Source of the DNA: Podarcis tiliguerta
Taxonomy: Eukaryota
Direction: 5' to 3' (one strand)
Assembly (NCBI GenBank): GCA_965153285.1
Contig: OZ229110.1
Length of the DNA: 64,000 nt
Below the pieces are notes generated by a model, which made no database searches, had not been told where the DNA came from, and worked only from the letters and a program-made list of their open reading frames with translations. Below are positions 51,005 to 63,718 of this stretch, in pieces. Positions within the stretch are counted from its first letter, which is position 1; each line of letters begins with the position of its first letter. The translations under genes were made by a program, and so were the position numbers.

Positions 51005-51153
51005 AGCTGAATAACTGAGTTGGTAGAGCATGAGACTCTTAATCTCAGGGTTGTGAGTTCAAGCCCTACATTGGCAAAAGATTCCTGCATTGCAGAGAGG
51101 TGGACCAGATGGCCCTTGAGTTCCCTTCCAGCTCTACAATTCTTGGTTCTATT
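51005..51153 (+). mobile_element. tRNA-Lys(CTT)-derived SINE with CR1 tail (POM-SINE/Squam2-like)
   Basis: GGTAGAGCATGAGACTCTTAATCTCAGGGTTGTGAGTTCAAGCCC (A box, CTT anticodon arm, B box) fused to a CR1-like 3' end. Confidence 0.85.
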
Positions 51154-51614
51154 AATGACGCTAGAAGATGTCCCAATGGTTGTCACACCCATCCCACCAA
51201 GTTTTAAAAAGTTCAGGTGGAGTATGTTCACTCACGAGACTCTCTTGCCTCACTAGCCTGCTGCACACACATGTGTGCTTCTCTGGGGCAGATGCAGCTG
51301 ATCCCACCTACAAAAGTGGTGCCACGTTTGTGGCCACTAGACTGTCCTGCCCCTCTCCCTGGAGCTGCTCTTGCTCAGCTCCTCCCACTGGCTAGTCAGA
51401 GTCGTCCTCCCTCCCTAATAATTATCTGCGCCTCTCAAGAGGAGCAGTGACAACAGCTAAGAGGATGTAGCTTTGTTTCACTTTTTCTGACATCTAAAGT
51501 TGCATGGAGAAGACCCACACCCTCCACCTCCAGATGCCCAATCCTGATAGGGCCGAGGGGCTCATGACATTACCTGACTTCCTCCCCACCTCCTGGAGGG
51601 CAAACAACAGCTCA

Positions 51615-51965
51615 TTCATTTATTTTTATTTTGACAATTTATGTATTGCTTAATTACAGTAGTCTCTTAAATAAAGTACAATAGTGTAATACAATAAAGA
51701 TAAAAATCAGTTGAAGCCATAAATCAGTCAATTTCATTTAAATGTCTGCCAGAATAAAAACTCCTCAGTAGGCACCCAGTGTTCAACAGGGAGGAAGATT
51801 GTCTGACCTCAAATAGAAGGGAGTTCCATAAAATTGGGCCCACAGTACTGAAGGCACAGCTGCTAGAGGATGTGAGCTGTGCATTTAAACTTAGGATGGT
51901 AATTTCAACAGAGGAAACAGTGTGAAGTCTGTGATCCAGGTGAGGGTGCATAGCTGCTCTCAAGT
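51615..51965 (-). mobile_element. L2 3' end, decayed
   Basis: AFSTVGPILWNSL..EVRQSSSL remnants plus (tttattt) tail. Confidence 0.65.
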
Positions 51966-52187
51966 AAATAAAAAGACATTGGAAGACCTAACAGCATATT
52001 GCCTACATTATATGTATGTTGGCCCTGAGGGCATAGGCCACCACACTCATTCTTAATATGCCAGCTTGATTGTTGAATTGACCCTCATGTGAAAAGGACA
52101 GCTAGCCCATTAGTTCTCGGCTTAAGATCTGCCCGTGGGAATTAAAATACCTCTCTAACTGGGACTCCCCTTACTCTCACGTTTCAG

Positions 52188-52249
52188 GAACTTCCACCAG
52201 CTTGCTGGAAAGAGGCTTCTGCTTGCAACAAGATAGCAAGCTGGAAAAG
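52188..52249 (+). CDS. ZNF408: ZNF408 exon 3
   Basis: tttcag|...AG|gtgaga; ELPPACWKEASACNKIASWK, phase 0-2 bridges exons 2 and 4. Confidence 0.85.
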
Positions 52250-54406
52250 GTGAGAACAGCAAAACTCTGTGGGTAACTTGCGTTCTCCTTTACAACTTTC
52301 TCAGCAAACTTCATACATCTAATGAAGTGGTTTGTTGGCTACGATCATTCAAACCATAATGAACAAGTTAGGGTCAATTCACGCAAACTGTTTTTTAACT
52401 TGTTTGTAAACCACATAGATGTTTTACCATCAATCCTGCTTGAGTCAGGCTGAAAATTATGTAAGTTGTGAGAATCAGACTTTAGTATTTATCTCACCAA
52501 CAGCACTTAACATTTTTCCGGCAACCAGCATGGGGCCATTTCTGTTGAAAAGCTTGTGGCTGCACCACAAGCTCAGTGTTTGTTATCACAAACTGTAGTG
52601 CAGTGATCACTTGATGGTTTCTTCAAGCAGCCAGATGAATTTTCAGCATATAATGATGTGAAGGAATTTATTCTCACACATCTCAAAAATCAATCCGGAT
52701 ATATAACAGAGCAATGAGATGATAAATTTTGCTCCATGACTGGGACCAACTTGCAGTCAAGTGAGCCAAAATCAGATACGATCCTGGAATTTATTTCTGA
52801 TGCCTCTGTAAATCCAAAAGTAACTAGTGATATTGTGAGCGGATATATAGGTTCTGGTATGTTAGCCACTGAAGAATGGGTGATAAATGTGTGATCAATA
52901 AATGTTTTTGCTGCAGATGTAGAAACTGGCCTGTTTAATAGCAACTAGCTCTGCTCTTTTCCTCTGTCACCCCTAGGAGCTGAGCAGCTCCTCTGCTGTC
53001 TGTCTTCTCATCCTGCAACTTTTTCCTAATGCTGAAGGAAATCAACTACAGGGTAGGCAGGCAGGTCAACCAACAGAATGAGGAAGAAACTCAGCAGAGT
53101 CACTATCCTTTCTCCTTGGGTTATCTTGTGTCACAGACGCTGCAATGTGGTTCTGACAGGCAGGAAAGCAGAAATTGGATTGCTTTGCAGAGCTTGCAAG
53201 GAGCTCTATAAGCCCCCCACAGCAATGCAGCAGGCAGCTGATTCCTGCAACAAACAGGCTTCCATTCTTCCACCAGTCAGCTGATGGGCAGGAGAGTTGA
53301 ATCCTACTTTTTGCAGGCATCAGCTGCATGAACAAGTTCCTTGCAGGGAACTGTAGGGGAAGCATTGGCTCTCACCTATCTGGGCAGTAGAGCTGAAGCC
53401 TGCTTTCCCTAACCAATGCACAGTCAGGCTCCCAATGTGCATTGGCGTCTGTGTCTCTACCTGCCCCATATATGATGTCATGTATGGGGCAGGTGGGTGT
53501 AATTTGGGGAGAACTGCCTTCTGGGCCAAACTGGAACCTTTGGCAGTCAAAATCTGGTCTTCAGCCTGGCGGTTCCCCACCCCTGATCTAAAAGCAAAGG
53601 AATAATCCCTCCCAAAATTGGACTGCAACTCCCCCCAGATCTAGCCACTATGACCAGTGGTCCATTACATTAATGGACTTGACTCAATTGGGCTCATTAA
53701 TTTCATTGGCTCTGTTCTGCCTGGACTTAATTGAATACAACTCAATATTTTGCAGCTAGCAATAAATTTCTATTCAGTTTAACAAAGATCTCTTAAATAA
53801 TTATTCATCTTCCTAAAAAATAGGATGGTAAATCTAAATATATTCATTTAGCCTTTGGAGAGGGCAATTTGACCAATCAGTCATGAGCCAACAATTTTGT
53901 GATGATTAAATGTCCTATATGTGACTTTAAATATAACAAACGTTGAAGCAGCCGCAAGTCTTTTGTACCCTTAATCAGTACTCTTGCATGGCCACTATCA
54001 GAATCCATTTTGTATGAACTAGGTGTTTTGTTACCTGTATGGTTTCATAAACTGCTTTCAGGAAAGTTTAAAGGTTCAATCACTGTACCGCTGAGGAGGA
54101 CCCCTGTCTAAAACTCTGGAGAACTACTACCAGTCATTGTATGTGAACAATGCTGAGTTAGATGGACTCATAAATCTGTCTCAACAAAAGGTAACTTCAG
54201 AAAACGTATTCTGAATTAACTTTTCCTAGGAGTCTGCTCAAAAAAACTGTCAGGATCTATAAACATATTAGTTGATAGACCTGACTGAGGCCCCCTTCAG
54301 TCATGCATAACACCACCTGCACTGCCTCTCTAGAGTCTTGTCATGCCCCTGTACTTCGGACAAAGCCCATATTGGATACTGATGCTTGGCATAATGTGTT
54401 TTACAG

Positions 54407-54708
54407 CTTGGTGAAGCAAAGCCGGGATAAAGATGAGGCAAATGTGGCATTAGTTTGGATCAATGGGGAGCTCCACATCAGAGTATCCTGTCCCATTGCT
54501 GCTGGCACTGAATTGCTGTACTGGTTAGCAGAGGCCAGTCCTGCTTGCCTGGAAAAGAATGCACCAGCAAATATATCAGATGGGGTATTTGTCGCAAAGA
54601 GGAAAATGGTAGAGGAGCAGCTAGCTAAGACCACCACTGTGGAAGCAGAGACTTTGACACAGAAAGGAGATGCTTCCCTAGATGGCGATGCAATAGATTC
54701 CTTTGCAG
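54407..54708 (+). CDS. ZNF408: ZNF408 exon 4 (PR/SET-like C-part)
   Basis: ttacag|...G|gtactg; LVKQSRDKDEANV...PIAAGTELLYW (PR-domain ELLxW motif). Confidence 0.9.
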
Positions 54709-55677
54709 GTACTGTACCTGAATTCCTAAAATCTTAGTCAGAAGGGGGTATCACTGGTGATTTAAGCAGCATCAGAAACAGGAAGGGTTTTTATTCTTTA
54801 AAAAAACGACTTAACATACTTGGTAATAGAAACATGCATGTTCCTTAAGCAAAGAACTCCATTGCCAAACTCTGCACACCCAGGCAACTGTAGTTGAAGC
54901 ACCCTGTGTTTTGTCCTTCCTTTCACAAAAAGAGTTTATGGTACATGATTTGATTTTCACAGACCTAAATTGTCATCTGTGAACAAACTCAAGACTGATA
55001 GTAATATTTTAACTTGAAAGTTAGGGGCTCCTTTTTTTCCCTTCAAATGATACTGTGGGAGGCAACTTGTTCAGAATGTATGCACTCTCTTGCTGTGAAT
55101 AAGGAATATTTATTCAGTGCTTTCAGGGCACAATCCCCTGAGAGGCTGGCTTTCGGCATCCCAAGCACAGAGAATGGGAACCAAGTGCGGAAGCATATTC
55201 TTGCCCAGGACAATTCAATCAGCCCACAGCCAGGCAGAAGTGGAACTCAGGCCAATGTCCACTCCTCTAGCCAGTGACCTTTATTTTGCTCAACAGCACT
55301 GGCCAGCCCCACCCTTGCAAACAGTGCTTTGCTATTTTATTGCAGTGCTGGAGGAGGCGATTTCTTTGAGAAGTGCACATGGTGAATCAGAATGTTTATC
55401 ATGCCAGAGTACATTTGATCAGATATCTGAGGGTATGTCTGCACTAGAAGCTTATGTTAGTTTTATACCATTTTAGCAATCATGGGTACCCACAAATAAT
55501 CTTTGAGAGTTGTAGTTTGGTGGGGGCACTAAGAATTATTGTAATTCAGACTTTAAGCTTCAGCTCTTGATGCAGAATCCAGATGCCTGACTTTAGGTGC
55601 AGTGCACAGATTATGGTTCCTTCTTTTAAGTTATGGTTATTTGCATGTTCATACACTGTGAGGAGCCTATTTAGTTA

Positions 55678-55921
55678 CCGTATTTTTTGCTCTATAAGAC
55701 TATTTTTTCCCTCCTAAAAAGTAAGGGGAAATGTGTGCAAATGCAAACTGCGCAGCTATCACAGAAGCCAGAACAGCAAGAGGGATTGCTGCTTTCACTG
55801 CGCAGAGATCCCTCTTGTTGTTCTGGCTTCTGAGATTCAGGATATTTTTTTTCTTGTTTTCCTCCTCCAAAAACTAGGTGCGTCTTGTGGTCTGGTGCGT
55901 CTTATAGAGCAAAAAATACGG
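55678..55921. mobile_element. Tc1/mariner Tc2-type MITE
   Basis: Perfect 23-bp TIR CCGTATTTTTTGCTCTATAAGAC, TA TSD, internal palindrome. Confidence 0.92.
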
Positions 55922-56619
55922 TACTTATGTTCCTGGCCCTTTCAGATATGTGGGCAACTCCTGTCTATAATGGTAGAATCAGTCAGGCTCCTTACTATCT
56001 CTGTTTCCTCACACACAATTGTGTACACAGAACTTCATTTCCCTATGACATTCTATATCCATGTCTGTTTCCTTAAGAATTTCTTAGGTGAATTAAACTG
56101 CTCAAGGTAACTCTGCTTGTTGTGAATAAGGGAGAAACACAGGTCCCTGGTATTGTGACTGTGTGGATAAGCTGTTTTAGTTTGCAATTCTTGCTTTCTA
56201 AAGAAAACAGCAAAGATTACAAATGATAAGAGTGTTGAAATTTGCTGTTTCTACACATTTCTGTAACCTCATTCTAAGTTATGTAGTAAAGCACTTCAGA
56301 GAAATCCAATTTGCATCAAAAAGATTAAGGAAGCTGTGCTTCCAAAGTGAGTCTTACAGAAGATACTGAAATATTCCTCCCCAAATTCTAAACTTTCCCT
56401 AGCTATAACCAGCTATGTTTCAGTTCTCAGAAGCACTGCTTTGATAACTAGTGGGACTTCTCAAGCCTCTGTGCTCAGCAAAAGATCTCTGTTCAGCATG
56501 ATTGAGGCAGTGGGTGGGGAGTGGAGCAGTGCATAGAAACAGAAGTCTCACCTTGAAGTGTCAATAATTACTTTGTTTTCTTTGTTAAGGGAGCTAATGG
56601 TTACTGGTTCAAATTGCAG

Positions 56620-58316
56620 GTGCTTTTGATATCCCCAAGGTTGTGGAGCAGAAAGCCAGAGCCCATTGTCTTCCTTTCCTGGATAAGAAGCTGCCAGTCA
56701 AGCAACCTCCTGGCCTGGAAAATGATCACAAGAAAAGGAATGAAGATGGGTTCCTGCAACATGAGCTCAGGGACTCCAAGGAGCAGCATGGAGAGAAGCA
56801 GCCCTTTGTGAGGTGCTCTGTGGCTGAGGAGGGTGGAAGTAAAGAATATGGTGTGCTGCATCCTCAAACAGAGCAAGTGAATGAGACACTATCCAAGGTA
56901 AAACTGACTGACATGTGTTCACAGCCGCCCCCATCCAATGCAATTCAACCCAGTCCTCACTTGGCTGAGAAGGTGGAGGTGTTGAGGGGCCAATCTTGTG
57001 CTGAAGGAGCCCCCAGTGGGTGTGCCATGTCTACACCCAGGGCAGAGGAGCAGAGTGAAAATCCCAAGCAGGAGGAAGTGTCTCCAAGCAACATGGGTGG
57101 TGCTCCACAGCTCAAGGAGGCAGACCACGAGCGACGATACCGGTGTGAAGAGTGTGGCAAAGCCTTCCTGCAGCTTTGCCACCTGAAGAAGCACCACTTT
57201 GTGCACACTGATCACAAACCGTTCCTGTGCACAGAGTGTGGCAAGAGCTATAGCTCGGAAGAAAGCTTTAAAGCGCACACACTGGGCCACCGAGGGGTGC
57301 GGCCATTCCCCTGCCCACAGTGCCACAAGAGTTACGGCACCAAACGGGACCTTCAAGAACACCAGGTGCTGCACACGGGCCAGCGCCCTTTTGTATGCCC
57401 TGACTGTGGGAAATCCTTTGCCCGTCGGCCCTCTCTTCGGATCCATCGCAAAACCCACCAGGCTAAGGAGCCAAGGCCATCTGCTGCCGCCGCCTGCCAG
57501 TGTGTGATATGTGAGCAGCAGCTGGCCAACCCTGGGTCGTTGCGCAACCATATGCGGCTGCACACAGGGGAACGCCCATATACCTGCCCCTACTGCCCCA
57601 AGTCTTTCCGCCAGCAGGGCAATCTCCGTGGGCACCTTCGGTTGCATACAGGGGAGCGCCCTTACCGCTGCCACTTCTGTGGAGATGCCTTCCCGCAGCG
57701 CCCTGAGCTGCGCCGTCACCTCATCTCCCACACAGGTGAGGCTCATCTGTGCACAGTGTGTGGGAAAGCACTGCGTGATCCCCACACGTTACGGGCTCAC
57801 GAACGTTTGCACACAGGCGAGCGCCCTTTCCGCTGCCATCTGTGCCCCAAATCCTATCCTCTGGCCACAAAATTGCGACGCCACCAGAAAGCGCACCACG
57901 CTGACAAGCCGCACCAGTGCCAAATTTGTGGCATGGGCTACGCCCTCCCCCAGAGCCTGCGACGTCACCAGCTTGAGCACAAAGGAAACCTAGATGGGGA
58001 TCCATCCAAAAGGGGCACGAAAGCCCCCCAGGAGCTGCCAGCTTCAGAGCAGCCAGCTGTGCTGGTAGTGCACTCTGTAGACAGGGCAGGGCCTGGAAAC
58101 CACACAGAGCTCCTTATCACCAATGATGGGCACTATGTTACTGCACAGCAGAGCTCTGCCAAGCACAAGAACGTCATTGAGATTGCTGTCTCGGACACGG
58201 AGAAAGAATGCATCATTGTGCAGGAGCAGGGCTCCGCCAGTGACATGTTCATTATTCAAGAGGGTGTCAGTTTTAGCACAGTGGCAGAGGTGGTGGAGGT
58301 GGAGGTGGGGACATGA
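56620..58316 (+). CDS. ZNF408: ZNF408 last exon, 10 C2H2 zinc fingers
   Basis: ttgcag|GT GCT...; fingers from [10 protein letters not shown] to [10 protein letters not shown]...H; ends [10 protein letters not shown]. Confidence 0.95.
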
Positions 58317-58339
58317 CTGTCAATCTTTTTGCAGATGGC

Positions 58340-58345
58340 ATTAAA
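58340..58345 (+). terminator. Probable ZNF408 poly(A) signal (ATTAAA), very short 3'UTR
   Basis: ATTAAA 24 nt after the stop codon, followed by a GU/U-rich tract (tgtgctctttctatgtgtttg). Confidence 0.5.
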
Positions 58346-61300
58346 ACATCTTTGGAAGTCTAAATGTGCTCTTTCTATGTGTTTGCAAGAAAACAGCATG
58401 TGGGTTATGAAATATATACCGGGATGTTTAGAAGGGAATAGGTGACTTCAGTTTGGCCAAGGCTATGGCTGAATTCCCACCATCATTTCGAAAGCCCGTA
58501 AGCTTGGGCAAAAGCCTGATAGATGAGGTTATGCCTGGAAGAAAGCCTTCACTAAGCATCTCTTCTATACTATCAGAATTTGTTTCAATTTGATCCAGTG
58601 TCGGGAACTGTACCAGTTCTGCTTGTGTGTTACATATGTTTAGTGAAAACGTGGCAAAACTGACTGAGTGGTGAAGAGTCCGCAGATTTCCACATGGTTA
58701 TGCACATATGGTCCAAAAATTAATGCAGTAGAAAGTATGGAAGTATATCTTTTTTTTAAAGTAAAAGAGCAGGAACTTCCAACAATTTTCTGAGGTGTGC
58801 AAGGATTATGTCAACACCAGTGAGGGTTCAAAGTTCTTTAGCTTGAAAGGTATAAATAACAGGAAGCTACTGCTCCTGACTCATTTGCCCAAACTGTGCT
58901 TAGATGTGCTTTAACTTGATACTTGCTGAGTAGGGGATGAAGCCATCAGATGCCTGCTTTAATTACAGCTAACAACAACATTGGCTAAGATCCAACTCCT
59001 GCATTAGCTTGGTGATGTAAGCAGCTCTCAAAAACATTGTGATAGCACATGCAGTCAATCGTGTGACTCAGACAGAACATATAGGTGTTTCTTTTGCCAG
59101 GTATACCTCTCCATGGGCTTGTGCTGGTGATGCTGTGATAGTCACCATGCAATCTAGCCAAATTGTGGTTGTTGGCTATGTATATTATTACCATGATGTG
59201 GGGTCCTGACTGCCCAGAGACATTTGTTTGATACCTACCAAGACAGTGTTTGGGTTTTGCCCAAGTCAACACATTGCAATCTGAGTGAGAATTGTAGATC
59301 CCAGAGTGACTGCAACTGTAATCCAAAGGTTTGCTTTTAAAATCAAACCAATTCATTGGATCTGGTAAATATCATCTCAGCAGTTGCATATGATACCTGT
59401 GTTGCTGGATTAGACCACTTCATACTGCAGGAGCAAGAGTCAAATGGTGACAGTTTTCATTCACATGAAAGTAAATCAATGAGGAAGAGCTTTGCTATGC
59501 CTGTAATGCATTTCATTGCAGTATATAAAAACAATGACAAATGAAAATGTTGCTTAATTACATTGTCTTGTTTCAACATAGTACTTTGCCAAATTTTCCT
59601 TGACAGTGAGTATCACAGACTTCCTGTCAGGAGGTCATGTTGCACCATAGTGTTGCAATGTATAGTTAGTAGTTTTGGTCCAAGCTGATTTGAATTAATG
59701 TTGGATGGGAATTTTTTTATTTTCCATTTTTATATCACTTTATGCGGTTGTATTCACTACTTGAGAGTAATTTTCTTCTTCCCAGCATCCTGTGGTGATA
59801 GGCCAGTCGGGTATTTTAACACATAGGAAACTGAGCCAAGAGAGTCTGAATTGCCCAAAGCCAAATCAAAACTTCACGGCTGGGTAGAAATTGGATTGTG
59901 AGTGTCTGTGGTCCAATATGACATTTTAACAGTCCTTCCTTAGTGCTTTGCTATTTCCAGAAAATATATTGAGATTTGCACTTGGGTTTATTCATTCACT
60001 AGGTGGCTCCCATTGTCAACAATATCATTTATTATATGGTCACAGCCTCTGCAAAGTGGTGTTCATTTACCACATGCTTCCTTCTTGGATACTTAGGATG
60101 GGCCAGCTGTCATTTGGTTCTGGTAGCAATAGGTCACATAACTACACTTGTTGCTTTTCTTATGTCTCTGCTACCCCCACATTTCCAAACCGTTTTGATA
60201 AAGTAAACAGATGCTTGAGATTACAGTACTGACTTCCTACTGTTGGGCTCACCCAGTGATACATTTACAAGCAGTCACAAAGGAAGCAGTCTTTTGAGGC
60301 AGTAGGGTTTGGAGCAGTGATCTAGAATGGTTGGCATGTATGTTTTTTGTCTTTTCCAAGAGAGTGGTGCAGCTTTTGCATGAATCAATATTGACACAGC
60401 TGCAAAGTGACTTCCTGATGCCAAAACCCAATAAATCCACGCGTGAGTCAAAATATCAATCTTCTGTCATTGCTGATGTGGTGTCAAGCACGTTTGTTGG
60501 TTGCGCTGATCCCAACCAATCACGGATTGGAGGGAGGTGTCTTATGCCAGTCTTTTAAGCATATGCACTTGTTTGCATGATACACATGGTTTGAAAACAA
60601 GGGGTTGGGGGTCCTGTGATAATGCCTCAGACAAAAAAACTCTTTGAGCCACTTATGTAAGAGCTCGAACACACAAGATAGTTTACTATCTTTTGTGTCG
60701 TGTTTAGAAGGTGGCGAGAATTAAGCAGACTTGGGTACCAGTTTTTAAGTTACAAAGTTATTGCAAAGACCAGCCTGAACGTAAACAAGTCAAGGAGAGG
60801 TGGAGCCAAATGGAGATAGCCTCTCATCTGAGATAATTGAGTGGCCCTGCTTCCCATCTTTCTTTCTGCTGCAACCTGATGGATTGGCAGTTATTAATAT
60901 TTACTAGATCTGTATGTAGGAATGGGAAAGAGATTGTAGCAGATGTTATAAGGTGAAAAGGGGACTTGTTCAGGAAGTTAGAAATGCTGAACTAAGGAGG
61001 GCTACTAGTCTGATCTCAGCCTTCACAAAGGTTCAGGTTTGAGAAGATGTTACAGGAATCAGTGTTGTAGTCTTGACAGCTTGTGAATGTTCTTCAAAAG
61101 TTTCCCTTCATACATGGGCCAGAACTCTTTCTCTGGATGTTCTCCTGTGGTTGAACTCAGGCTCTGCCTAAATATCCCAGTAAGCTAGACCCAGAACTGG
61201 ACATTTCTCAAATCTCTCAGCTTTATTGTGTGTTAGAAAGAGACTCTGTGTTCTTCAAACTCTGCAATCTGTTGGAGGTGGGGACTGTGCAATTGCTCTT

Positions 61301-61842
61301 TGTACAAGTGGCCAAAGAGTCACTTCCCAGCTACCCTAATGCTAATATTTACTTGCGTACCATGGAGATAACAAATACTGACTAGAAGACCATTACAGAA
61401 GAGAGACAGAGAAGAGCAAGAGAAAGGAGGCTGAGATTGATAGTTCTCTAAGCTCCTCCTACTCTTACAGTTTGTCTCAGATGAGGACGGGGTAGGGACC
61501 TGTTTTACTAAACAGTGGACTAATTTGGAATCTCCAAAGACCTAAATTCCAAGTGATGAATTTGATGTTGCTAATTTCTTTTGATCAAGAGTATATGGCT
61601 CAGATTATGGCCTTTCAAGATCTAACTGTACTGGCTCCTAATTTAATTATTTTATCAATGAGACTCATCTCAATAAATTTGAAGATAATAATTGCTTTGC
61701 TGGATTTATCAAGTCCAGCATTCTGTTTCTAGTAGCCAGCCAGATGTCTCTAGAAGCTCATAAGCAAGGTAATAGTCACTCTGTGGTGTTTTGTTCATCT
61801 GATAGAGCTGTGCTGCCCCTGAAAATGAAGGTTCCATTTAGC

Positions 61843-61976
61843 CAGGGCTATTTTCAGGGGGAACTCACTTGAACTCAGTTCTGGCATATGTCAGGTGGGT
61901 GCCTTTGCTATCTAAGAGAATGAGGGAGGCATTCATGGTGAGTTCTGGCACCTCTTTTTCTTGGAAAATAGCACTG
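61843..61976. mobile_element. hAT MITE family B nested in a decayed CR1 3' fragment
   Basis: CAGGGCTATTTT / AAAATAGCACTG; TSD catttagc/catttaac. Confidence 0.88.
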
Positions 61977-63546
61977 CATTTAACTAAAATAGACTTTGAT
62001 GAACCTTGCCTTTATTAATTTGCCTAATCCTTTTAAGAAGTTGCCAAGCTGCTAGTGACTATCCCCACATCTTATTGTCTTACATTATGTGTGAAGAAGT
62101 GCTTCCTTTTTAAGTCCTGCACCTAGTCTGTCAGCTACACTAAGTGTACATAAGTGTTATGAAAACAGAAGACATTTCGCTCTAACTGCTCGCTCCAAGC
62201 AATCATGATTTTACAAACTTCTGTGTTCCTTCTTAAAGTAAAACCCCATGTTCTCAAGCCTATCTTCATTTGAAAGGTGCTCTGGGCCTTTGAGTTTAGC
62301 TGCCTTTCCATACCCATTTGAACCCAATGAAGTTTTTGTATTCAATTTTGTATATTGTATTCAATGAATATTGAATATCGTGTTCAGTGAATACAATAAT
62401 TATTTATCTGTATTCACCTTACAGGACTTGCACTACAATCTTGAAGAGTTTATGATATGCATCTGTTTGAAAATTACGTTTACCCATTAAAAGTGGCTGG
62501 TCAATATACCAAATATTTGTTTCAAGTTCATTTATGTCCAAACCACAATTAAACGGGGAAAATTTAAAAAATACAAATGAACTGAAACAGGACGCAAATA
62601 TTTAATGACTTGACTCCCTGGTGTCTTCCATCTGTACTGACTTCTTGGTCTCCTCTCCAACACACGTATAATCAAGCACCTCTCTTTGGTCATTCAGAAA
62701 GGAGTCATGGGGATCTCATTGGATTTTTGCTGAGAGACATCCAAGAATCAAAGAATTATAAATTGTGGAAGGGAGAAGAAATTCAGTCTCTCGATGTATT
62801 CTAGAACAGGATCACAGAAGTAAAGACAGGGAATAGACCTTTTGGCATCTGGATTAAATATCTGCAACAGGAGGATTTTCTAAACAAATGGCAGTTCCCT
62901 TATTTTATGCCAGGATAGCCAAATGTCCTCTGCTTTATGAAATAATGACGTAATAATAAGACGTGCATCTTGTTTCCTAATATCAGTCCATGTTTATTTG
63001 GTGTTCTGAGACCACAAACAATCTAAATGTGTGGATGGAATTGTTATTATTCCATTGGTTGCTTGTGCCACTAGGGCACCTGAAAGCAAAAATGCAAGGG
63101 AGGGAGAGAAAAACCAGGATGGGTGAGATAGTGAGATCTTCAAACTTACTGTCCCTGACATACTGTGACCTGGTTCCTGTTTCTTCATCCTGGTTCAACA
63201 TTAACCCAGGCTGGGCTGCAATCATTCTTCATCCATTTCCTCTGCAATCTTTCTGCAGTCAGGCACACACGCAATGGGACAGAGCAGAACCAGAATGCTG
63301 AGGACCCTTCTCCTTGCCATTCTTCTGGACCTCTCACTGAGCTACAACCAGGGTAAGGAAATCAGCCTGCTCAGCAGTGAGCAGGCAGCAGTCCTAAGAA
63401 CATGTGCTGAGGGGATGAATGTTGAACTCTGGGGTTTCTGAGAAAACGTGTAGGCTTGTGCTGCAATTGACTAGTAGAGCAGATAGCAATACTCGTTCTG
63501 TTGGCCTCCTACATTGGAAGTTCAGTGTGGCAGATCAAGCATCCAG

Positions 63547-63718
63547 GGAAAATAGGAAGCTTTCTTATACTGAGGCCGTTGGTCCATCTATCTCTTATTG
63601 TCTACATTCACTGGCAGTGGCTCTCCAGGGTCTCTCCCAGCCCTATCTGGAGATGCCAGCAGTTGAACCCAGGACCTTCTGCATGCTAAGGGAGGCTCTA
63701 CAACTGAGCTACAGCCCT
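63547..63718 (-). mobile_element. tRNA-derived squamate SINE (Squam3-like)
   Basis: Minus strand: GGGCTGTAGCTCAGTTGTAGAGC...GCATGCAGAAGGTCCTGGGTTCAA (A/B boxes), then ctggagagccactgccagt...tagatggacc tail. Confidence 0.8.

Larger units (their letters stand above)
49085..58316 (+). other. ZNF408: ZNF408 (PRDM17) gene, 759 aa, degenerate PR/SET region + 10 C2H2 zinc fingers
   Basis: join(49085-49106,49217-49413,52188-52249,54407-54708,56620-58316) = 2280 nt, phase-consistent; diagnostic [18 protein letters not shown] and [25 protein letters not shown]. Confidence 0.93.

Noticed and set aside
51005-51077. Functional tRNA-Lys gene
   Set aside because: Acceptor stem does not pair, no oligo-T terminator directly after, and it continues into a CR1-derived tail
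56919-57785. 288-aa antisense ORF and other ORFs overlapping the ZNF408 finger exon
   Set aside because: Typical stop-poor shadow frames of GC-rich C2H2 coding sequence; no independent signals
60003-60206. Hydrophobic 67-aa ORF downstream of ZNF408
   Set aside because: Non-ATG start, no recognisable homology or splice context
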